This document shows, piece by piece, positions 52,144-64,000 of a stretch of 64,000 bases of DNA. The notes under the pieces were generated by a model. That model had not been told where the DNA came from. It saw only the letters and a program-made list of their open reading frames with translations, and made no database searches. Position numbers and translations under genes: made by a program. Source of the stretch: the human T2T-CHM13v2.0 reference genome, Homo sapiens; assembly GCF_009914755.1 (NCBI RefSeq), contig NC_060944.1. One strand, written 5' to 3'. Position 1 is the stretch's first letter. Each line of letters begins with the position of its first letter.

Positions 52144-55039
52144 TCCACCCTCTCTTCCCACTTGGAAGAATTAGTCCCACAAATTGGGAAGTTCTGCCCA
52201 AATCTGGGACCGTCACAAGGATCGGAACATGCTTTGTGTCGTTTTCACTAGCTTCAGAGCATTTCTCTCAGCAGACTAAAACCAAAACTAAATGAGTTGA
52301 GTTGCTTTTCTGTAGGGCTGGGCCACGCTCTTCAAATTCACAACTGGTTTATTTCGTGCTGAAAACTGTTCCAGTGGCCCTTTGGGGGTCGGTGAGCAGC
52401 CCCAGTTTCCTGAGAGCCACTGGGTGCCGTTTTAGCAACCCTGAGTCTCTTCGACCTTTATTGATCTTCTTACAGAGTTTGACAAATGGCTGTTGACAGA
52501 AAATGTTTAAAATATGAGATTCAGTCTCTCACTGGGTATACCTCTGCAACAAAGTTTCTATTGGATATCAATGGGAACATTCAGGCCGCTGAACTCAGCA
52601 TCCTAATCATTTCCCATATCCATATCAACACCTACACTCTGAAAGTGATCAGTTCTGCCCATTGGTCTCTATGGACTGAGGAGAACTTTCCAGCAGCTTA
52701 GGCATGTCCTCTCATTATCAAGTGATCAATAAATCATTTGCCTAGGTGCATTTTATGGTTGCCCAATACACAACAGCGTAATAAAAGTTTGAATTAGGTA
52801 ATGCTCCTTTTTATTATCAGAAATGAATTACCTCATGGGGCCAGCAAATACACAAATGTAGCATGCCCTTCCACTAAGTGGAAGGCTTTTTCAATCAGCT
52901 TCCAACAAATGCAAAAGACAAAAACAAAGTAACTGCCTTCCAAAATTGCCTTGTATCAATATTATAGGTTTATTTTATTGGGAGCATTGTTGCTCTTCAT
53001 TTAATAATAAACAATACCATAATTTCCACAGCAACCACGGCAAGCCATCAGAGTAATATTAAACATCAGTTCTAAACTTGCAATGTTTATTCCTAGTCCA
53101 GAATAGGAGGGTTTCTGCAGGGCATGGTGAAATGTTCACACTGGAGGAAACATCTGTTTTTGTTCCAAGTAGACCCTGGAATGCTGGTAAAATAGCACAT
53201 TATGCTGATGAATATATGTAATGATACCAGCATCCATGTTTGCTGTAAAAAGGTATATCATACCAAGTGGTGGCATATTCCGGTAACTTTAAAGCGCATG
53301 TTTCATTTTTAATGTTTAAACAAAATTCCTCACATAATAATTAAATGCCTACTGCATGCAAAGGATGGTCTCCTGATTTTCTCGGTTTTTGGAGTCTGTT
53401 AAATAGGGCCAAGATACTCTGATACCCAGCCTGCGTGTCCCTCAAGGGTGAAGCCAGGTCTTCATCATTGCCCTGTCTCCAATGTCTGGCATTCAGTAGG
53501 CATTCAGTTAATGCTTACGAATGAACAAACACTTCTTGCTGACACAGAGGCAATGAAAGTGTAGGAAGTTTTCCTAGAGCAGGAGATCCATAAATTGAGT
53601 CTGAAAGGATGGGTAGAATTTAGTCCAGAAAGGGGAAATGAAAGGACACCCCAGGCAGAAACCAGCCAGGAAGGAGGCACGGACAGGAGAAGCTGGGAGT
53701 TGCGTGCTCTGATATTCTTGGGTTAGTTGAGGGTAAAAATGAAGCTGGGTAGAGAGGCACTAGCCAGGTCATGGAGGACCACAGGGGAGTCCTGCGGGGT
53801 TTTAAGCAGAGAAGGGTCTCAATCAGTTTGCTGATTTATAAAGATTATTCGGTTTTGGGATGGAGATGGAAACATGGGAGGTACAGCTAGAGCGAAGGAG
53901 AAAACTTAGGAGGCCAGTGGGCTTGTCTGTCCTGACACCTCACGACTGCTCCTGCAGGTGCACAGCACAGGCTGACCTCAGCACCATTTCCATCCCGTGG
54001 CCACTTGATCTCAACAAGGTCAAACAAAACCACTTAGGATCTTGAGACATCTCAAGTCCTGAATGCCGTGTTTAGAGAGAGCACATTGTTTCAGAATACA
54101 GTGGCATGCTCTACTCCCACTCCCCTCCTATCCTCCTATTAGTGGGCACAGCTGAGTGATTGCTCAGGGTGGACAAAAGGGATGAAGTGTCACCATCTCT
54201 CTATTAGCTTCAAAACATTTCTTAGGATAATCCTTCCTTGGAGTTCAAGGAGTCCCTCCCATCTTCAGCCAATGTTGGGAGGACAAATCTTAAATGGTTG
54301 CATTTGCCGAAAACTTGCTTTACACCTAATGGAAAAAGGCCACATCCTTCCCTGATGATTACCATTAGAGATGGATCCAAAAACCGCAGGCAGTCAGGTT
54401 CACAGACTTTCCCAGCCAGAGCACACCATGAACCCACTTAAGTGCCAGGCACTGTTTTCAAGGTGCTTTCAAGAGCACTGGATAGGTTTTGGAAAAGAAA
54501 AGCCCAAACCTTATACTATTTTGTAAGCATCCGAAACTGCTTACCTAATGCAGGCCCCTCCTAGACTGGTCTGTGAAAATAATAGGACATTTCAGAAGAA
54601 ATAGTTAAGAAATCAGAATTACTCAGAGTAGATGAGAAAAAATGTCAGCAAGGACTCACGGACTCCTCTGAACCCAGGTGGTTGATCCATATAGAAAATG
54701 GAGCCTAAGTGGTTTGCCAGCTCTATCTGAAGCTCAGAAAAAGAAACATGCTTGCTTTTTATCAAGAGAGTTTAATTTGGACAGAGGAAATTTTACTGAT
54801 TTAACAACTGAGGGGTTGTTAGGGACTGAAATGGATTACGGAAAAACTGCCTTCAAATTCATTCCTCAGCAAATACTTACTAAGCACCCACTGTGTGCTG
54901 AGTGCTGTTCAGTGCTGCATGAATTTACTGATGAATAAAACAAAGATTCCTGCCTAACTGGAGCTTACAGTCCATCATGGGGACTAAGGGAGACCAACCA
55001 ATGAGGCTTGATTACTGAGCTGCCTGAGCCACATGGGTA

Positions 55040-56470
55040 AAATATAGTGGGGGCACAGTGGATTAGCACGGTGTAGGGACAGTGGAGTAGGTACATCCCA
55101 GTGTGGGAGCAGTGAGCACAGTGCAGGGTGGGTACAATGATGCGTAGGAACAGTGCTGTGTGGGACAGTGGGTACAGCACAGCACAGGGAGGGTGCATCA
55201 CAGTGCAGTGCGGGTACAGTGCAGTGTGTGGACAGTGCAGTGTGGATACATCACTGTGTGGGTATAGTACAGTATGAGTACAGCACAGCGTATGTACATT
55301 GCAGTGTGGATGCACTGAATACAGCACAGTATGGGTACAGTGCAGCGTGGGTACAGAGCAGTATGGATACAGTGTAATGTGTGGACAGTGCAGAGTGTGT
55401 ACTGTGCAGTGTGTGGACAGGGCAGTGTGGATACATCACAGTGTGAGTGCAGTAAAGTTTAGGCACAGCACAGTGTGTTTACAGTGCAGTATGTGTACAG
55501 TGCAGTGTGTGTGTGCAGTGCAATGTGTGTACAGTGTAGTGTGTGTGCTGTGCAGTGTGTGTACTGTACAGTGTGTGTGTACAGTACAGTGTGTGGGCAG
55601 TGCAGTGTGTGCGTACAATGCAGCATGTGTCCAGTGCACTGTGTGTAGTGCAGTGTGTCTATAGTACAGTGTGTGTGCAGTGCAGTGTGTGTGCTGTGCA
55701 GTGTATGTACAGTGCAGTGTGTGTAAGTACAGTGTGTTTACAGCACAGTGTGTGTGAAGTGCAGTGTGTGTGCAGTGCAGTGTGTGTAGAGTACAGTGTC
55801 TGTGCAGTGCAGCGTGTGTGCAGTGCAGTGTGTGTACAGAACAGTGTGTGTGCAGTGCAGTGTATGTACTATGCAGTGTGTGTACTGTGCAGTGTGTGTA
55901 CTGTGCAGTGTGTGTGCAGTGCAGTGTGTGTGCAGTGCAGTGTGTGTACTATACAGCATGTGTGTTGTGCAGTATGGGTATAGTGCTGTGTGTGCTGTGC
56001 AGGATGGGTATAGTGCAGTGTGTGTACTGTGCAGTGTGTGTACTGTACAGTGTGTGTGTACAGTACAGTGTGTGGGCAGTGCAGTGTGTGCATACAATGC
56101 AGCATGTGTCCAGTGCAGTGTGTGTAGTGCAGTGTGTCTATAGTACAGTGTGTGTGCAGTGCAGTGTGTGTACAGAACGGTGTGTGTGCAGTGCGGTGTG
56201 TGTAAGTACAGTGTTTACAGTACAGTGTGTGTGAAGTGCAGTGTGTATGCTGTACAGTGTGTGTGCTGTGCAGAATGGGTATAGTGCAGTATGGGTACTG
56301 TGCAGTGTGTGTGCTGTGCAGTATGGTATAGTGCCTTGTGTGTACTGTGCACTGTGTGTGCTGTGCAGTATGAGTATAGTGAAGTGTGGGTACTGTGCAC
56401 TCTGTGTGCTGTGCAGTGTGTGTTCTGTGCAGCATGGGTATAGTGCAGTGTGGGTACAGTGGGTACAGTC
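55040..56470. repeat. Degenerate minisatellite, unit about 14 bp (gtgtgtgcagtgca / gtgggtacagtgca)
   Basis: About 1.4 kb of CAGTG/TG-based units with an internal higher-order duplication. Confidence 0.95.
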
Positions 56471-57690
56471 AGGTAATTGCATCACTTTGAGGGGGGCAGG
56501 GTTTTCACTTGGGAGAGACTGCTGTGTGAGTAAAGGGTTTGGCTGGGCTAACAGTTATTCCTAGGAGGCTCGGGCAGAGACTTTGCATTTAGACAAGAAC
56601 AGGACATGAAGAATTCTGCAGCCCATGCCAGGGAGTCTGCCCTGAATCCTGGAGAGGAACAGAAACATCTTCTTCTGTAGACTGTGGACAAATTAATGAA
56701 ATCCCTAGTTACTCACTGCTTGCTGCTTAGCTGAGGCTAGCTCAGTACTGGGGGAGAGCCTTATCTAATAATCAGAACCTGTTAGAAACTTGGTCCTCAA
56801 ATCCCTCGTCTCCAGTATGAATCAAAACTCCTAGCTCTGCCTTTCTCTGGATGTCTAACAATTGCTTCACCCAAGCTCGTAGAGAGCTTGAGGGAGGCCC
56901 TATCTCAGCAGGGGCAGTTTATCCACATCCCTGCTAATCCACCCTACAAGTGATTGGATTAAGCCTTCTTCACACTCAGCCTCTCAAAACAGAAGCCTGG
57001 TTTTAAGGGCACAGTGGATAACAGAAGCACGGTGTGGCTTAGAAGTTCTCCAACTTGCAATCCTCAGTCCTCAAGGTGATGCAGTTTATAGCCAGGGCTC
57101 CCTGCTTTGTGATCTCCTTGGAGCAGACACAGTAGCTGCATAAGACTGAGTTTGTCCCCAGTTGGCGCTGGCAGTCTGGCCTCTGCTGAACCTCCCAGCT
57201 GTTTATACTGCAAAGGGATATCAGAGCTGGGTCAGGCTCTACTGGGGTTTCCAAGGATGGTCAAGAAGCAACTATATTCACCTCACCCTCTTGGCTGGGC
57301 TCAGTAACACTGATTTTCATCCCTTGCTTCTTGATGTCAGAGGTGGGGGACAGTCCCCAGAAGATCGGCACTTCTATTCTTCATAATCATAAACCCCCTT
57401 ATATTCTTCACAGATTCCCAAAGGGATGTATGGGGTGGCATTATTTTCCTTTCACACACATTCACCTAATGTAAGGCCCCCCAAGGAATCTCCCAACCCC
57501 TGAGGTTCTTCATTATTTTCTTTTACAGTAACCAGGACATGCTCCCATTTGGAAGTTAAAAAAAAAAAATGTAATTTCAAATAATAGCAGATACCAAAAG
57601 ATGATATAAAGAATACAGCAATGAAACACATCGCTTCATTTTATCCCTCTACAATGTGGTGACACAGTCACAGATGAAGATAAAATAGTT

Positions 57691-57910
57691 CAGGGGTCAG
57701 CAAATTTTTTCTATAAAGGGGCAGGGATGAAATATTTTAAGCTTTGTGAGCCAGAAGGTCTCTGTTGAAACTACTCCACTCTGCCATTATAGCATAAAAA
57801 CACCATAGACAATATATAAATAGGGTGTAGCTGTGATCCTGTAAATGTTTATTTACAAAAACTGGTGGTAGGCCATGTGTGGCTTGCAAGCAGTAGTTGG
57901 CCAAGCAACA
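57691..57910 (+). mobile_element. MER58A-like hAT MITE
   Basis: caggggtcagcaaattttttctataaagg...actactccactctgccattatagc. Confidence 0.8.
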
Positions 57911-58037
57911 GCTTGATGTACTACAGAGAGACAGAGTGGGGTAAAAAAGAGGACAAAGCCTTCAGGAACAGCAAAATTTAAAGCATCAGGAGTACAGAAC
58001 GGTGAAAGCCTGATTATAGTGGGCTAAAGAGTCATGA

Positions 58038-58212
58038 ATATATGTATATGCATATGTATAGGTACATACATACACACATAAAATATGTGTGTATACATAC
58101 ATATATGTATAGATATGTGTGTATATATACATATATGTATAGATATGTATGTGCACATATGCACACACATATATTTCTTTCCGTGTGTTTTTATGTATAT
58201 ATCATACATATG
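58038..58212. repeat. Degenerate (TA/CA/TG)n microsatellite
   Basis: atatgtatatgcatatgtatag... Confidence 0.9.
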
Positions 58213-59537
58213 CACTTCAGGATTTCCATTTCTTGTAGTTAAAAAGATTGTGTCTATTGAATTTCTGTTTCTTGCTTTTTCCTATTGAAAAAGCAATTCT
58301 GGATGAAATAATGCATCTCTGACCTGCATAGGGAGGAAGAAATCTTCAGAAGAACATGGAAACAAGAGTGAAAGGAGGCGCCATGAGTATTTACATCAAC
58401 CACGGAAAACAATGAGATCTCTCTTTGTCAGCTGCATGGTACCCAGGGAAAGAGAGGTAAAGCCCCAGCCCAAGCAAGGTAGGAAACCGAAGAGGAGGCC
58501 CCCACTGTGTTAATTACATGCCAATAACCTTAGGTGCTCCACTGCTGAAAGGACACACAAGACTCAGTTTATACTCAAAGAACAGCTTTATCAGAAAGAA
58601 CCAGCACAGCAGCAGAAGCAGAAGGACGTGAATTGAAGGGGCCAGGGGACCACAGGCCACAGCTTCTTTGTCTTACCACAGCTGGGTCTTATAGGAGAGC
58701 TTGGTCTCCAGGTTTCTAGCAAGCACTGGTGTGTGTCTGTGTGTGTGTGTGTGTGTGTGTCCATGGGCCTTGTGTGTATATGTTTATGTGTGTAAAGCAC
58801 CTTGGTACCAGGAAGCCTGTTCATGGTGCGGGTCTCTCATAGACACCTTCTAGCTATGTGACCAGCCTTAACCATTAAAATCCATGCCCCATCTCCAGCC
58901 TCCACCAAAACCAGGAACAAATCAGAAACACAAATATTATTGCTAAACAATGCTGGCAGACTGCTACCTTCTGCTCTGAAACAACTCCCTGATCTATAAT
59001 TACAGAGCACTGTTTATCTTTAGTGAACTCACTCCAAAACCTTGGCCAAGGATCTGAAGCTCAGGAGATAAGCATGTGTCTGTACAGCCCAGTGGGTGAA
59101 CCCCTGCTACTCGCCACATCAAACTGGGGATCCTGGATGTCAGGAATACCTCTGTGGTCCAAGAGACCTCAAGAGCTAATTTGACTTAATGTGGTCCCAA
59201 ATCGGTAGTGCCCAGAGATAACAGGCAGAAACAAACAAATCCTTTATGGACAAACTCAACTTCAACCAGGGCCTCAAAGGACTCACACAGATAAAGTTCT
59301 AGGGAAAATGGACAGCTCACAGACAAGCTGCCACAAGCAGAGACAGCAGAGAGCAGGACCAGAACCATAAAATCTTCAGATATTGCAGTTATCAGCCTCA
59401 CAGTGTAAAATAACTATTGTTCATGTTTAAAGAAATAAGAGAAATTTGAACATACAAAAAAGGAATCAGATACTGTAAGGAATGGTCAAAATGATTTTAA
59501 AAAACAAATAAAACTTCTCAAAATGAAAACTATAATA

Positions 59538-59882
59538 TAGTCAATGTGTCATTTAGCAAAGGGGATACATTCTGAGAAACACATTGTTAGGTGATTTTCA
59601 CATTGTGCAAACATCATAGTGTACACTTACACAAATCTAGACGGGGTAGCCTACTACACACCTAGACTCTGTAGTACAGCCTACTGCTCCTAGGCTACAA
59701 ACCTGTGCAGCAGGTTACTGTACTGAATACTGTAGGCAATTATAACACAAGGGTAAGTACTTGTGTATCTAAACAGAGAAAACGTACAACAAAAATGCAG
59801 TATCATAATTTTACGGGACCATCGCTGAATATGTGTTTCATCACTGACTGAAACTGAAATGTCATTATGCTGCACATGACTA
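59538..59882 (+). mobile_element. Tigger3a (MER7A)-like, inserted in an old L1 fragment
   Basis: About 345 bp, TA-flanked; gcctactgctcctaggctacaaacctgt core. Confidence 0.85.
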
Positions 59883-61391
59883 TATTTGAAATGTTTTAAA
59901 ATGAATTAAACAAAAGCTCTAACACATCGAAAAAAAGAGAACAAGTGAAGAGATAGAATGAAATTGTTCATTATTTAGCCCAAAGGTACAAAGAGATGAA
60001 CCAAATAGAGGAGGGAGGTTCTCTGGGCCAGTGAATGATAAAGCCAGGACCCACTCGAGCCGTTGCCTCCAGGTTGGCTCAGTTTGCTAGATCTTCTGTT
60101 TTGTTTTGTTGGTTTTAATGAGAAAACAGAAATATGGCTTTTTTCTGTGAAATCTTGATGGTTAAATGTTGGAAACTAACTCAACTGAAACAAACAGGTG
60201 GGTCTGTAGGCATGAGCAGCCAATCGGTGACCTTGGCTTTATGGTGCAGAGGACAGCAAGAAAGAGGTCAAACTCTAAGAAAAGACAGAGGTAAACAGTG
60301 GCGGGAGATCATCACAGGCCAGGAGGGATGTGGCTCCAGGTCCCCGTGGAATGGGCTGAGCCACGGACATTAAGGGTAGCTGCTTTTCCTCTGACAGGAG
60401 GGACAGAGGTGCACAGAGGTGGAAGTTAGTTTGGTGTATCCCAATCAGCTTGAGGAGGTTACCAAGACCCTGATATTCTATGAGCAAACTGCTCTTGATC
60501 TTTATGCCAAAGACATTCTGGTCAAAGAGTTTCTATAAAAGCAAACTGAATCTTCATTCACAGCACTAGGACAGTAAACATACTAATTAAATAAAACACT
60601 GGCATGCTGGACATCAGAGCTGTTGGAAAAAAATCTCAGAAACATAGTTTCTTCTGCTGCCAGGCAGGAGATTAATTTTGTTTAACAAAAATTAAACAAG
60701 GGGAAATTATCCCTAAATATTCACCAAGGATGAAGAGATATTCTGGAACAATGTAACAAGGAAATACCTTTCATGATGCTGATTTCTGAAGGAAGACTCC
60801 CTACAGTCTAAGAAGTGAGAGAACAAGCAAGTGGCAAGCAAAGTAAGAAGAAAGAAGGGGGTAAAGGGAAGAGAATAGAGAAAATACCATCGGATGTTTT
60901 GAAAGCCACTAAAAAGCAGCAAGGTGGATTCTAAATCACAAGTAAAAAAGTGACATTGTTCACTGAAGTCCTCAAGAATTTCCAGACAACCTGGCATAAC
61001 AGCAGAAACCAGGAGGTCTGTGTTTTCAGGCCTTTGTGGACGGTCTCCTTGCTGCTCTCTGTATGTAGAAAACTGAGCCTAGGGGCCAAAAATAAGAGCT
61101 CAACAAAGGTGATTTCTCTTTTCAGCCTAGACCTGCCTACATATGGGTGTTTTTTTGTTTTGTGTTTTTTTGTTTTTTGTTTTTTTGTTCTTAGGACGTT
61201 TTTGTGCCCATTCTCAGCAGTTACTAACCACCCTTTTCTGTTGCTTCAAAGAACCAACACTCCATACAAAGAGGCTGTGTGCTGTGCTACAGTCTTAAAC
61301 TTAAGATGGGAGGGCATATTTGATTAAGATCTATGTAAATTCCACCCACCAACAGAGTGAATTTTCCTTTGCTTTGAAAATACAGTTTGCC

Positions 61392-61694
61392 GGCCGGGCG
61401 CGGTGGCTCACTCCTATAATCCCAGCACTTTGGGAGGCCGAGGCGGGCTGATCACGAGGTCAGGAGATCGAGATCATCCTGGCTAACATGGTGAAACCCC
61501 GTCTCTACTAAAAATACAAAAATTTAGCCGGGCGTGGTGGCGGGCACCAGTAGTCCCAGCTACTCCAGAGACTGAGGCAGGAGAATGGCGTGAAAAAACC
61601 TGGGAGGCGGAGCTTGCAGTGAGCGGAGATCGCGCCACTGCATTCCAGCGTGGGCGACAGAGTGAGACTCTGTCTCAAAAAAAAAAAAAAAAAA
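61392..61694 (+). mobile_element. AluY
   Basis: gagatcgag..catcctggctaaca and gcggagcttgcagtgag diagnostics; 15-bp TSD aaaatacagtttgcc. Confidence 0.95.
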
Positions 61695-62159
61695 AAAATA
61701 CAGTTTGCCTATGTCTGTATTTGTGTTTCTACAAGCAGCAAGGTCTTCACTTGTTTTCAATCACCATTTTATATTCAAGCTTTCTCATTCTAAATTCCTC
61801 TTTGGAAAAGTAATGTCTCCCCCAACAGATACCGGCATTTACAGAAAAAAAAAAATCAAAAAATAACTTTGTTTGTACCTTGTGTTCTGTAAGTGAGATG
61901 TTTTCAAGAGCATCACTAAGCCAAGGTCCAATTCTTGCAATTTATCTTGAATATTGCCTTGGCTACAGTTTTGAATTATATTTTGCCTGCAAAATTATTA
62001 GGCAGCTTTCTCTAAAATCCAACTATATGTAAGTAGTATTTTTAACACATGTAAACAGTGTATAATACGGAAATCATTTTCATGTTAATCTCTCTGTCAC
62101 ATTAAGACAAAAAATGTAGATGGCCTTTTTCCCCCTCTGAGAAGTCTTGTGACTGAATT

Positions 62160-62820
62160 TTCCAGAGGGACACTTCCTGAGCCTTTCTGTGCATAGAAAC
62201 TAGGTGGGGATCTCATTAAAATGCAGAGTCTGATTCAGTAGTTCTAGGGTAGAGCAAAGATTCTGCATTTCTAACAAACTCCCAGGAGAGACCAATGCTA
62301 CTGGTTCAAGGACCACATTTGGAGAAGCAAAGAGACCAAAGCAGTGGTTCTCAGCCTTGGCTTCACAGGTAACTCTTCCAAGGAGCTGGAAAAGCACAGT
62401 TGCCCAGGTCCCACCACAGAGATTCCAATATCTGGTCTAGAGGGTGGCCTGCCTATTAGAAGTATGTAAAAGCACCCTCAGGGGACTGGAGACAGTGGCT
62501 CATGCCTGTAATGCCAGCACTTTGGGGCCAAGGAGGGAGGATTGCCTGAGTCCAGGAGTTTAAGCCCAGATTGGGCAACATGGTGAGATCCTATCTCTAC
62601 AGAAAAATCTTTAAAATTAGCTGGGCGTGGTGGTGTGCACCTGTAGTTCCAGCTACTCAGGAGGCTGTAGCAGGAGGATCACTTGAGCCCAGGAGTTCAA
62701 GGCTGCAGTGAGCTATGATTGCATCTCTGGGCAACAGAGCAAGATCCTATCTCTTTAAAAAAAACAAAAAAGCACCCAGGTTATCCCAAAGTGCAGCTCA
62801 GGTGACAAATCAATGGTCTA
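62160..62820. mobile_element. Two MER5-type MITEs, the second interrupted by AluJ (about 62483-62770)
   Basis: aaaatgcagagtctgattcagtag...ggaccacatttggagaagca; Alu TSD aaaagcaccc. Confidence 0.75.
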
Positions 62821-63911
62821 AGGCAAGGTCCAACTGACAGATGTTTCACATCCTTGACTGTGAGCTTCTGCAAGGCAGGGTTTGTAGTTCTGACATCTCT
62901 TTCTCCTGGAAGGCTTTATACAGAGACTATTAAGGAATCACAGCACTGTTAGCAATGTTATCCACGTGCTTAAAATTAAACACAACCCCTATGAGGTAAA
63001 TTATCAGGATCCCTTTACCACTTACATTGGGACCAGCACATTTGAGTCAGTGGCTCCTGCTGACACAATCTGAGTCAGTGGCTCCCTCTGACACAATCTG
63101 AGTGGTCCAATATGAGAGTTTTTATAGCCTTGTATCATTGATCTCCTTTAAGGGTCACACTCAAAAACTAAGAAGAAGATATAATCTGTATTCTCCATAT
63201 AGAAGGCTAAGGCCAAGATAGAGTAAATATTTAGGTGATTAAGGGCTCATCTAGGGCTGTGTTTCCCAGAGGAAAGCAGTATTCTATCTCCATTTTATAG
63301 AACAGCATAAGCACACTAAATACTTTGGCAAAGTCTTAAGATAAGAACTTACATTCCTGAGGATTTTATGGGCAGCATGTGGTTGTCAAAGAGTCCCAAG
63401 CTACAACCCAGGTGATATCAAAGATGGGTCATCAAGATTATATCTCTCCCTGACTTAATGACCCACCAAGGTGCCCTCAGATCTGCAGAGACCCACCCAT
63501 AACCACAGGTACTGTGTGACTATCAAGGTTCCAAAATATGTTGAAAGGAAGACAAATACAATAAAAGAAATGCATTGTGAAAAATGATTGAAGAAAGAGA
63601 TGCTAAAGTCAGATCACTCCTTGGACAAATTTTCAAAACCCTCCAGGTTTCTATTTCCCTGGTTTGAAACTGGTAATAGTGATACTCCTTCACTAATTCA
63701 CTTTTAGAAACCTATAGGTCTATAATTATAACTCATCATGTTACTATCTATTGGCAACTGGAGCCTAGATTGTGGTAAATTTTTAGAAGATAGTTGAACT
63801 TCTGTATAAAACATCATCCGTTTCCTCCACTTATTTTTCTCTCCTCTCTGTGACCTCTAGGGAAGACTCCATAAGTACTATTGAATAATGAGATGAACTT
63901 GAAGACAACTG

Positions 63912-64000
63912 TCTGTCCATTTATGCTGCTATTAAAAAATACCTGAGACTAGGTAATTAAAAAAAAACAGAAATTTATTTCCTCATAGTTCTAGAGGCTG
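63912..64000 (-). mobile_element. MST-type MaLR LTR running off the window edge
   Basis: gtccatttatgctgctattaaaaaatacctgagactaggtaatt...cagaaatttattt. Confidence 0.75.

Noticed and set aside
55153-56564. Long Cys/Val-rich and His/Thr-rich ORFs resembling metallothionein or keratin-associated proteins
   Set aside because: They are open on both strands in several frames only because the minisatellite units rarely encode stops.

Overview
Primate (most likely human) genomic DNA, identified by AluY/AluS/AluJ, MER41A and L1PA elements. There is no intact protein-coding gene, and most ORFs in the track are repeat or low-complexity artefacts. Roughly half or more of the window is interspersed repeat: two long, decayed L1M copies, about a dozen ERVL-MaLR LTRs (one a two-LTR relic), ERV1 LTRs, DNA-transposon fossils, MIR/L2, and a 1.4-kb degenerate minisatellite. 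The main unexplained signal is a series of non-repetitive islands between about 442 and 26,700. Each opens with a minus-strand splice acceptor, and with frameshifts and stops allowed they translate into C-type lectin-like (CTLD) and fibronectin type III (FN3)-like motifs. I interpret this as a decayed, intron-containing (unitary-type) pseudogene of a CTLD-FN3n-CTLD-FN3n-CTLD extracellular protein that I cannot name. All domain calls and repeat subfamily names are by eye and need HMM or RepeatMasker confirmation.
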